A stretch of 64,000 nt of DNA from Syncephalis fuscata S228 (taxonomy: Eukaryota; Fungi; Zoopagomycota), in the NCBI GenBank assembly GCA_025786725.1, contig JAHLTZ010000009.1, positions 620,001 through 684,000 of the forward strand, given 5' to 3'. The position numbers and the translations under genes are program-made. Below are positions 25,296 through 36,780 of this stretch, in pieces. The first letter of the stretch is position 1; every line of letters starts with the position of its first letter. The notes beneath the pieces were generated by a model. That model was not told where the DNA came from. It did not search any database and was given only the letters and a program-made list of their open reading frames with translations.

Positions 25296-28037
25296 ATGTC
25301 ACAGCAAGGATCTACAGGACGAGTACGTAGTCCACCAGGATATAGCGAGATGGATGAATCTCGCCGTACTACCTTTATTCCAGGCACTCCTGGTTGGGAA
25401 CAAGCTAACCAGGAAATGAGCGAATTTAACAATGGCAACCAGTCAGAGATGTATTACGCACAAAGTGCGGGTATTAACTCCGAAGTTGCCGGTGATCCTA
25501 TTCAATCATCAGGCGATTATAATAGCACACTTGCCTCGGCCAATGGTCGATTTTCGCCAAACCAATCGCCGCAACACTATGCGACTGAGTATTCGGATGT
25601 CACTGCCGACTTTAACACCTCAAGCCAACGCCAATACTTGGTCGATGGCCAAAAGGAAAGCAACGGCACGTATACTTACGCCAATGAATACTCGCAGTAC
25701 CTTGACCATCAAACTGCTGATGAAATGGAGATGCCACAATACAGCCAGTTCACTGATGAGAAGCAAAGCCATAATAACTTCAGTCAATTTGGTACTCAAG
25801 GTCCAAGTTTCTTTGATGAGGATTTATCAGGTCCTAATGGCCGCCCTCGTCCCGTTGAAGAAGAGTCGTCCGAGGAAGAAGAAGATGACGATGAAGAGGA
25901 TGATGAAGAAGATGAGAACTCACCGATTGAAATTGTTGCCGCAACTGTCTCGACCTTCGATGACCCGACGTTGCCTAGCTTAACATTCCGTTTCTGGGTC
26001 CTTGGTACGTTCTTTACCGTCCTTGGCGCTGGTGTATCGCAAATATTTTACTTCCGTTCCAATGCCATTATTTTCTCTGTATTCTTTGTACAGCTGATTT
26101 CATATCCAATGGGTATACTTATGGCCATGTCATTGCCACGTCGTCAGTTCAACGTTCTCGGTTGGAGCTTCTCGTTTAATCCCGGGCCATTCAACATGAA
26201 AGAACATATGTTGATTGGTGTATCGGCAAATACGGGCGGTACTGCAGCCTACGCTATTGACATTATTGCCGTGCAACGCTTGTTCTATGGTCGCCATGTT
26301 GGTCCACTTGAGGCAATTCTACTGCTATTGACCACGCAATGTATTGGTTATGGTATGGCCGGTATGCTGCGCCGTTTCCTCGTTACACCTGCCAGTATGA
26401 TTTGGCCATCTAACTTGGTGCAAGTGGCGCTGTACAACACTTTGCATGGCACTGAACCAGCCAATCAAGGTATGAAGCGCCAAACCTTCTTCATGATTGT
26501 GGCCTGTGCAACCTTTGTCTACCAATTGCTGCCATTCTACATCGCTCCAATTCTTTCGTCAATGGCCATTCTTTGCTGGATCGCTCCAAAGAACGGCGTG
26601 GCTCAGCTATTTGGCAGCGGCTACCAAGGTCTTGGTATGCTTAACTTTTCGTTTGATTGGTCGGCCGTCGGCTCATTCGGTCCATTGTACACACCATGGT
26701 GGGCTCAGCTTAACTTCTTCTTCGGTACTATAGTCACTTTGTGGATCGTTGCTCCTATCATGTACTTCAACAATGTATGGGAGGCCAAGCGTTTTGATCT
26801 AGTAACCCCAGAACAATTCGACGAAGATGGTGGTGAATTTGATATTATGCGTGTACTTACCAGCGATTTGGAACTTGACGAGCCTCGATTGGCCGCCTAC
26901 TCTAATTTGCGTATGTCTCCAGTATTTGCCTTAACCTATGGCACTGCCTTCATGATTATTACTGCTACACTTACGCACGTATTCCTTTACTACCGCCACT
27001 CGATCTACCGCCAATTTAAGGCATCCCGTACCGAAAAAGAAGATATCCACACTCGTTTGATGCGTGCCTATCCCGATGTACCCATCAGCTGGTATGCTGG
27101 TATATTTGTTATTATGCTTGTTGCAGCTATCATTGTGTGCGAAGTCTATCCAATCAAACTACCATGGTGGGCACTTCTACTTGCCTTAGCAATCTCGGCA
27201 TACTTGTACTGCCTATTGGTATTATCCAAGCTGTCAGTAACAATCGTGTTGGTTTGAACGTTATTACCGAGCTGATTTGCGGCTACATGTTGCCTGGTCG
27301 TCCAATTGCCAATGTTGCCTTCAAGGTCTATGGCTACATGACTATGTTCCAATGCCTGCTACTCGTTGAAGATATGAAACTTGGACACTACATGAAGATC
27401 CTCCACGCAAAATGTTTATCGTGCAACTGTGGGGCACCATTGTGGGTGCATTAGTCAATTATGGCGTTCTAGAATGGCTCGTTACCTCCAAGTTCGATAT
27501 TCTAAGCGGTAAAACACCCGATCCTAGTGGTCAATGGGAAGCACGTAATACGAAGATTTTCTTCTCTGCTTCTATCATTTGGGGTGTTATGGGACCGGCC
27601 CGTGTATTCGGACAAGGTTCGCCATATGAAGTCTCTTGTGGTTCTTCTTGGTCGGTGCGCTCTTGCCTGTTCCTTTCTACTTGCTCCACAAGAAGTATCC
27701 CAATGGCAAGTGGCATTTGATCAACATTCCAATCATGGGTATTGGTACTTTTGCCGTACCACAGTCGCCCGCCAACTTTATCTTCTCGGGCTTCATTGTG
27801 GCATTTGTCTTCCAGTACTATTTGTACCGTCGCCATCACGGCTGGTGGAAACGATACAATTACGTACTTAGTGCAGCCTTGGATGCTGGCACACAGATTT
27901 GTATCATGTTTGTCGTCGTTGCCTTGTCAGATACACCGTTCCCCGTCTGGATTGGTAACTCACGGCCAAGTGTCGAGATCTGTGATCTTAGCTTGCTTGA
28001 ACGTGAGATGCCGGCACAGGTTGATTTTAGCACGTAA
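25296..28037 (+). CDS. OPT-family oligopeptide/glutathione transporter 1; three apparent -1 frameshifts
   Basis: SPIEIVAATVSTFDDP, TFRFW, NPGPFNMKEH, MIWPSNL, KLGHYMKI, WWKRYNYVLSAALDAG; breaks at ~27198, ~27400 and ~27630. Confidence 0.93.
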
Positions 28038-28652
28038 ATTACGTGAAACAGCCGCAACATTAATGGGAGGATACTTTCTTTATTTACAACTCTTTCGCAG
28101 ATGATTGTACATTGATTGTGGCTACACACAATGTATAATGACTTTGGATTTCCACACTGTATACGCTGAGTTTTGGATACTTACAAACTATACACACTAC
28201 CACTATTACTACACGCTATTTTCCTATTAATACAAATAAACGATTTATTCGTTTTCACTGAAAATACTGCTAATAAAAATGTTGAAATATTACAAATGTT
28301 TTTGAAAGTGCAATTCAATTGCTAGTTTAGCCTTTGCATTGTGGTTGACAATTTTCATTGTTTATTCTATTGAAATCTATGCTGTCATTTTCGTTGTTCT
28401 GTACTATTGATGAGCAATGGCCTTTGCAATCGCAAAACGTATTCATTGTTCTAAAATAGAATACAATGCACAGTTTATTATTTCTATAAGAATTTAATTA
28501 CTTTGTTTTATAAATAGTTTTGTAATATCGTTTTAATATAAATATGCCACATTAAATCGACTTTAGCTTGGAAATAAACAGCATTTCTTGTATTAACTTT
28601 AGCTAAAGCATTTCAGCATCGCTTGCATTTCTTTTAACTAGGCCGTTTCAAC

Positions 28653-29247
28653 ATGTTTGTCGCTTTTTACACTTTTGTTGTATTTGCAGCTTCTACAGTA
28701 GCCGCCTTGCCATTTAACTCGCTAGATGAAGCTTTGGATAGCTTGACCGGCCGTGGTGTTATGGAGCCTTGGATGAATGTTGACAATTCAATTGGCAAGG
28801 ACCTAGCCAGTCTCAGATCATCTGTATCTATGGAGATATTCTACAACAATTTAAAATCATTCGATAAAGCCGTGGTCAATGAGTGTCTAAATGGAAAAGC
28901 AGGACTGTATTTATCCCAATAGATTCTGCCTTCTCACCCAACGTAGACGTTGATGCATCGTCAACTAAGCCAAATGCCCACATGTATCTAAATCATTTTT
29001 ACTGCAGCGAAGGACTTGATATCAACAGTCTAAGGGTAAATTGGAGCTCAACACTGGCATGAAAAACAAGGGTAACTACAATGTAGTTGTCAGACGAGTT
29101 AGCACAGGAGAACTATGGGCAAACTGTGCCAAGGTTATTGGCGAACCCATAGTTTTAAACAAGAACGTTTTCTACATAGTAGATCGTTTTTTCCCTGGTA
29201 GAAGTCAGTTTAGTATAGCCAGAAAGGACTATTGTCAGCCTCGTTAA
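28653..29247 (+). CDS. Putative secreted protein of unknown family (~200 aa if two frameshifts are corrected)
   Basis: Signal peptide MFVAFYTFVVFAASTVAALP; three overlapping open frames (28653-28922, ~28910-29063, ~29020-29247) read as one protein. Confidence 0.45.
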
Positions 29248-29282
29248 TAAAAATTAGATAATAGTAATCAAAATGCCATTGA

Positions 29283-29747
29283 CATTACTAAAAACACGTG
29301 CTAGTGTAAAATGAGAAACAAAAACTTAGAATTGTGTAGCAATTTTTATTAATTGTTAAAACATGCGTGTATTTATATTATTACATTTGAGGTTATTGTA
29401 TGATGCACTACCGAATAGAACAACTAGAAAGAGATAGAACAATAGAAATAGCAATAAGAAATAAAAGAACCGCAATAAGCAGTAAAGATCAATGAAGCTT
29501 TACTGGCAGTGATAGAAATCATATGTAACGGTAATGATTTAATAACAACCAACAGAGTAGAGCTGTAATTGATGGCTATAATAGACATTTTACTACAAAC
29601 ATACATTATGTTTTCATATACAAAGCAAGAAATAGTGATAAAATTCCAACTGAATTTAGGCGTGAGACAGCCAATCATCAATTTCTTTTTGTAATGTAAA
29701 AATTATACATTCGCTCTTTTAAATTTATCTAATAAGCGATATTTAAA
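29283..29747. repeat. Inverted copy of block X (2632-3094)
   Basis: Reverse-complement match. Confidence 0.85.
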
Positions 29748-30169
29748 TTGTTTATGTATTTAACTAACATTTTATTAATCCATTTAACTTTATAGTAACA
29801 GACACAATGGCGGCAAAATCCATTACAAGTTTTGTGCTTCATACATAACAACCCGTGTGGGCGCATGACGCGTTCAAATGACCATATGCCGATACCTGCT
29901 GCAGGGCCGCACATCATTCAAATCTGGCAGTAATTGGAAGCTAAATAAAGTAATAATTGATTGAATTTTAACATTAGGAGTAATACTGTGCTATAGCAAC
30001 ATCACAATATTAATATTAAAGTATGGTGTATTGTATAAATGCTCTATAAATGAATAGGCAATTGCAATACTTAATAAAGTAATATCAGACTGATTTGATA
30101 TATTACTTATTATAAAAGCTGCATTCATAGAAAACTATATAGATGTGCCATGCCAATGCATCAACTTAT

Positions 30170-31143
30170 TTATTTTGCTGTGACGATTTGCGATAAATTA
30201 ATCATATGACTTGTTTTAGGACGATATGCAGAATTATCGTTGTTTCCCATCCTCTGACAATGTCTAATCAATATAGTTGCAACAAGCATCCTACAAATAG
30301 CTTAGTTATATGTGTATAATTAATTATTGTGCTTACCAATCAACAGGAAAAAGTATATCAAGATTAGTATTGCCGAAACTAGTAATTATAACAGCACAGC
30401 AAACAAGATTGGCTAATATAGCTAGACACATCGCCTGTATTCCATCTCGTGCTAGCCGTTTCCATGCATCAGACCCAAATAGACGGTATTGCTTAAAAGC
30501 AATACGACAGAAAATGGCTGAAAAGAACACGTTGATTGGTGTATTTACTCCAAGCCAGTACCAAAGTAAAATAGGTGGATAATAGACCTCGCAGCCGAGT
30601 TTGGTATTGAAAGAAGCAAAGCTGTAGTATATCGCAATACCACTATAGCTTAGCTGTGGCAATACAAGAAGAATACCGATGTAAGTAATCCACTTTTTAT
30701 GATAAAGAACCAAATTGACTTTTAAAAGAAGAATCAGGCTATTGCAAACCATTGCTATCGAATTAAAAACACCGGCCGACCATATCAGCATTCTACAATT
30801 AAGGCCATGGCCCGTCACATACATATAAACATTATGTTATATATAGCACCAGAAACAGCAAGTATTGAACAGCACCATGAAAGCATTCTATGCGGTCTCG
30901 ACATAGCCATTTTGGCAGCTATATAAATATTTTGTGAAAAAACATATATCATTGTAACAGCAAATACAATTTGAATTTGTATGCCCATTAAACGAATGCG
31001 TTGTTCATTGATATGTCCTGTGACTTGCATCAAGAAATCAAGTACACTCATTTCACCAAGTGGATTAAGCGGAATACCCCATTGCTTTGTAGCATTATGT
31101 TCCACTCGGTTTGCTTTAGATCGCTATAATTAATAAACGGCAT
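30170..31143 (-). CDS. 7TM family copy B' (inverted twin of copy B); two apparent -1 frameshifts
   Basis: ATG 31143 (MPFINYSDLKQ); one base missing at ~31101 and ~30818; TGG where copy B has TGA; same terminal intron; stop at 30170. Confidence 0.8.
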
Positions 31144-33096
31144 TTTGATTTTGTATATAACAAAAATAATAGAGTTAAATGGCTAGGTAATAAAATGCGG
31201 GAGCATAAATTTGAATACTTTGCGATGAAACATTCGAGTAAAGGCCATTACCAGTTTTACCACCTTATGCATGATAGGCGATGTGGGCACATGCGTGTTC
31301 AGTCAAGTATGTACATAACATTAACTGCAAAACCCTTGAGCTAAAACACGCAACAGCTACCAGCTAAATAAAAATAGTAATTGATAGATTACTAAGATTA
31401 AAATAATACTATGCTACAGCAACATTGTAGTATTGATGTTAACAAATAATATATAGAAAAGAAGTTCGCTAAGTTTTTGCAAGATATTGCATTCAACAAC
31501 GGCATAGTGGTATGCCTCGCCAACCCACGCAACTCGGGGCATGCTATGCATAGTTTTATTTTTAGTCGCTTTAGGTTGACAATCAAGACCGCTCGCCTGA
31601 ATTCTTAATCTACAATAAACACTTCCTGCAATTAAACACCCACATGTATCTAGCATTAATCTGGCTAGAGAAACTACAGACAACAATAGATATTATTATT
31701 GAAGTACACTTGTTTTATTTGAATCATCTAGTCGAGTCAAATGAATATTTTAAAAAGCAAGCACTATATTGATGTGTGTAACCTAACTTTTATTTACAGC
31801 TACGATACAAAGCAAAAATAAAGCTAGGCACAAGTTGCGTTAAATATCTGTTGTTTATTATATTGCGCGCTTAATGTAGCTATCCATTCTAGTATCATTT
31901 TTATAAATAAAATACATTAGTTAAATACATAAACAATTTGAATATTATTTACTGGATAAATCTAAAAAGCGAATATATAACCAGTTGCATTACGGAGAGA
32001 ACTTGATGACTGGCTGGTTTCTTGTCTAAATTCAATCAAACTTTAGCACATTTCTTGCTTCGTATATGAAAACATGATGTATGTTTTTTGCATCTATCAC
32101 ACTACAATTTCATATCATTTTACAAGTTTGGCATTTTAGTACGGCACGTATTTTACGCTTTGATTTAGTAATCACCATGCTCTCCAATGTTCTATTTTTA
32201 CGCTTGTTACAAATCTAGCTTTCTTAAGCTCACCAACGTAAATAAATTTAATAGAACCATTAGATTTATTGGCCATTCTCTTGGTGGCTTTAGTGATTCG
32301 CCGTGTAGGGGCAGATGGATTGCCTTTCATTAGTGCGCTAAATTACCATTATTAAAATCAATGATCGTTTTTTGCAAGGTGTGGCAAGCTTTTTGAGTGA
32401 CAAAAAATTTATTTAGCTTTTTCGAAAGCAAACAATATAATAAGCAACCTTTTTACGAAATCAGTTATAATGATTTGAATAATTAACAAGGCGACTAATT
32501 TGATTATGTTTAAATCGCTATTTGTCATTTGCACCCACTTCCTATTACACTTTCCACTGCCGCTGCATGTTACAACCGTATAATATTTTATTGTACAATT
32601 ATCCCTAATTATAAATTATTATGTAATACATTTACTATGAAATCCAGGAAAGATCGGTATGTTTTTATAATACACCTAGATTAACTAATATACTTATCTT
32701 CAGCTTAGTTAATTCTAATAACTCTATAATACTTAATCATCTCAATTATTTTGTAATGCTATTTTAATGAATTCTAAAGCCGAATTTATTCGAGGCCTTT
32801 GTTTGTATTAATGCACAACCGACTATTCTGCTATCATGTGGCTCATGAACAGCATGATATATGCACGCTGCTGTTTATTTTAATACTATTATAGCCTCTG
32901 AGCTAGTTTTGAGATGCATAGCAGGTTTATTACTATAGTTCAGTAGACTGTTTATATATAGTCAAAGCCTGTAACTGTAGATTGGGCTCTTGGCTGTATT
33001 TACTCCTTCAATTACTCATTCAAAGCTATTATCAACACAAATTAACATATTTATTATTGTACATCGTATTATTGATACTTATATTACTTGCTCGCA

Positions 33097-34079
33097 ATGC
33101 CAACATTTAACTATACTAGCCAGAGATATGCTGAATGGCTCAACAGCGATATGAGACAATTTGAAAATCGTCTTATCCACTTGATGAAAAGCGCATATTT
33201 GATTATTTTACGGAAGCTTCTGATGACATTGCTAAGCTGCATCTTCGGTTGTTTGGTGCACAAATTCAGATTGTAATGTTTTTATAGCGTCTTTTATCTT
33301 TGGACGCAATGTTATTATTGCTAGCAGAATGACCATATCGCGACCTCGTAATATAATCTCATGGTCTTGCTTAATTCCCTCTGCTTCGGGCATTATAACT
33401 AGTGTGATGTCTTTAGCCATGTTTATTGGATTTTCTACTAATTGTCGAGTTATGATATGGTTCTTTGGAATCAGTTATCACTTACAACGATTGGCAATAG
33501 CTTAATATTGCTTCAAAAGGTTTATTTGGCGCTTTTTCGAAAAAAATGATATTGTATACTAGTGTTCCGCTTATAATAGCACAACTCGCCTATGCATTCA
33601 TTATGATTTGTTGCAACTTTACCACCATAGAGGAAGCAGGTGGCTGTGTAAATTACTATCCTTGGTTTCTTCTTTGGTACTGGTTTAGCGTTAATATATC
33701 AATCAACGTAATATTCTCAGCTATATTTTTCCGTGTTGCTCAAAACAGTATCGTTTATTTGGATCGGATGCATGGAAGAAATTAGCAAGCGATGGAATAC
33801 AGACAATGCTTTTGGCCACACCATGCAGCATTATCTGTTCTACTTTCATCATTACATCTATGGCTAAAATTAACAATAATACATTTTTCATTGTGGAGTG
33901 GTAAGTGGTGCTAGTTAATTATTTACATATAGTTTATACATATCTAGGATGGCCGTTACAACAATACTGGCCAATTAGTGCCGAAATATGGCAAAAGCGT
34001 TAGGTTTGCAAACCAGCCAAGAACCAGCCATATGGTTAATTTATCCGAGATTACCACTGCAAAATCTATAAATTGTTGA
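33097..34079 (+). pseudogene. 7TM family copy D, several -1 breaks plus in-frame TAG at 33976-33978
   Basis: ATG 33097 (MPTFNYTSQRYAEW); colinear with copy C; intron 33901-33947; exon 2 reads WMAVTTILAN*C where other copies have NHC. Confidence 0.7.
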
Positions 34080-34493
34080 TTCATATTCATGTCATTTATT
34101 GTACTAGCGTATACGTACTGTGCGCCATTTGTTTCTAATTTCCAAAAGCTTATGATTTTTGTTATATTGTCGTAAGTTGGCCTTTCAGTCCAACTGATTG
34201 TATGTTTCAAAAATATGCCTCATTTCTATATTTAAAATACACGGGTAACATACGTTTAGTATAAATACCTAGATAACTTTTTTATAGTAAATTATTGGTA
34301 TTCTCGTTTATAATATCTTATAGCTATATAGTTAATCTCATCATAAATAATGTAGCAAATGCAGCAATGCTACCAAAAATAGCTATAGTTTTACTAATTA
34401 AATGATTTATCGACTGTTACAAAACAATTATTTAAATTGGCAATTTAAAAGTTTATTCATAATACAAACATAACTTGCTTAGTCATTAAAGAT

Positions 34494-35474
34494 TTAAGAT
34501 TTTGCGGTGGCAATTTGAGATATATTTAGCATATGGCTAGTTTTTGGATGATGTGCAAAATCGATATTTTTGCTAGTACTTTGACAATGATTGATTAATA
34601 TTGTTGTAACAACAACGCTATATATCTATATAAGCTATATGTAAACAATTAGGTAACATTGCTTACCAGTCTACAATAAAAAACAAGTCAGTATTGATTT
34701 TGTCCTTAGGTACAATTGTAATAATAGGACCGATAATATTGCATAATGTAGCCAGAGACATTGCTTGTATTCCATCGCTTGCTAATTTCTTCCATGATTT
34801 TGCCCCAAATATACGATATTGCTTTAAAGCAACACGGCAAAATATAACCGAAAATATTACATTGATTGGCACACTAACACTAAACCAATACCATAGCGTG
34901 AATTGGGAATAGTAGGTCATGCAGCCGACTTTTTCCTCTAATGCAACAAAGCTGTTATAGATGAGAATGAAGACAAATGTGAACTGCGCTATTACAATTG
35001 GAATACTAATGTATAGTATCCATTTTTGCCGACAAAGCACTAAATAAACTTTTTGGAGAAGTATTAAGCTACTACTAAGCATTGTTAATGACATACTAAA
35101 TGCGACAACCATAGCGTAGATCGACAACTAATTGGTAAACCCATGTACGTAGACATAACCATTAGAACAGATATAATGCCTGAAAGTGAAGGAACCAAGC
35201 AGCACCATGATACCATGCTACGGGGTCGTGATATAATCATTTTACTGGCCATAATAAGATTGTGTACATATATATATAACACTATAGTATATGTTATCAC
35301 TTGAATTTGTATACCATGCAGCCGAAAGCGTTGTATAGCAATGTCACCAGTGGCTTCCACAAGGAAATCAAATATGCGCTTTTCTCCAAGTGGATGGAGG
35401 CGGACTCCGAGTTGCTTTATGTCACTATTGGCCCATTCAGAATACTTTGGGTCACTATAGTCGATCAACAGCAT
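34494..35474 (-). CDS. 7TM family copy E; one apparent -1 frameshift (~35108)
   Basis: ATG 35474 (MLLIDYSDPKYSEW); intron ~34617-34665 identical to that of copy A; exon 2 ends ...QIATAKS*. Confidence 0.8.
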
Positions 35475-36780
35475 TATAGACAAAAATCTGGTAATAATAA
35501 TAATAATAATAAAACGTAAAATAGCGTGTTGCTGTGCGTTAAGTAAAAAGCAAACTGGATAGTCAAGAAGTAAGATAATTCAGAGATATGCTCCACAGCA
35601 GTCATATTCCAGTTATATTACAAACAGACCGATGGACTATGGTAGTAAACCTGTTATGCATGTCGAAAATGCGAGGTGAGCGAATTGATATTAAACTGGA
35701 TAACAGCGTACGTGCACGCAGTTGCAATCCACATGACAGTAAAATGGCCTGTTATGCGCTTGTGCAAATAAAGGCCTCGTTAAAGTCGATTTAGCATACA
35801 TAAAAATCACATTACAAAATAATTGAAATGATTTAGTATCATAAAGCTATCGACATTAACCAAACCAAGTCAAAATGAGTGTATTGAATAGTCACTGTGT
35901 ACCATATGAACATATCGTTACTTTCTAGACGTCATATTGGTTGTAGCGCATAGTAATTTATAGTCAAAGCGGGTAATGGCGGGATAATACAAAAATCCAT
36001 GAAATTGTAACATACTGTGACAGAAACACGCTCTATATCACCGAGACATGAAGCAGAGTACAAAAAACTTGTATCGTTACACGCACTGAAGAGCATAACA
36101 GCAACAAGTCATAGAGACGAATATATTGCGTATGCGTTTATTCAGTCCTACCTGTTAATCAGCTTTATTTTTTTGCTAATAGCTATATTCTTTGTGAATT
36201 TTGATTCAATTTACACAAGCATGCTATACATTTATCGTTAATATACATTCTAAACTATCTAGGTATAATTATGTTTAATAATAATTAAATGCAAATCAAT
36301 TACCAACGCTATAATGTTTCAAGTTTATCACAACGATGGCTGTGGTATATGATTTTAGATAAATGTAAATTTGCAATGCTTTAAAAAACGAGATGATTAG
36401 TGAATATTTATGAAAGTAGTATCAGTGTTAAAAGGTGTATTCATTGATGTACTTTTCATAAATAAATAAAATAAAATCGTATATAATTAACGGTAGATTG
36501 TTGAAAGATATCGCAAAGATCAAACAATCTTACGGCGATAGCAATGAAGAGTCTGAAAGCAAGGATGAGAAATGAAGAACTGAAGGATAAAAATGAGAGA
36601 GAAATGCAAATGAACTAGACAAAATATCAAGAATATGCGTACACTAAAACAGGCCGGCTGTAGTGAGGAATGCACCAACAGCAGGAATAATAATAATAAT
36701 AATAAAAGGAACGGTAGTAACAGCAGCAGTACTTATTAAAATACTAAATATTTGACCGATCAATTGATCATGCCATTGTT

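Noticed and set aside
31398-31686. Short minus-strand ORFs between 7TM copies B' and D
   Set aside because: No recognisable motif, ATG start or splice structure
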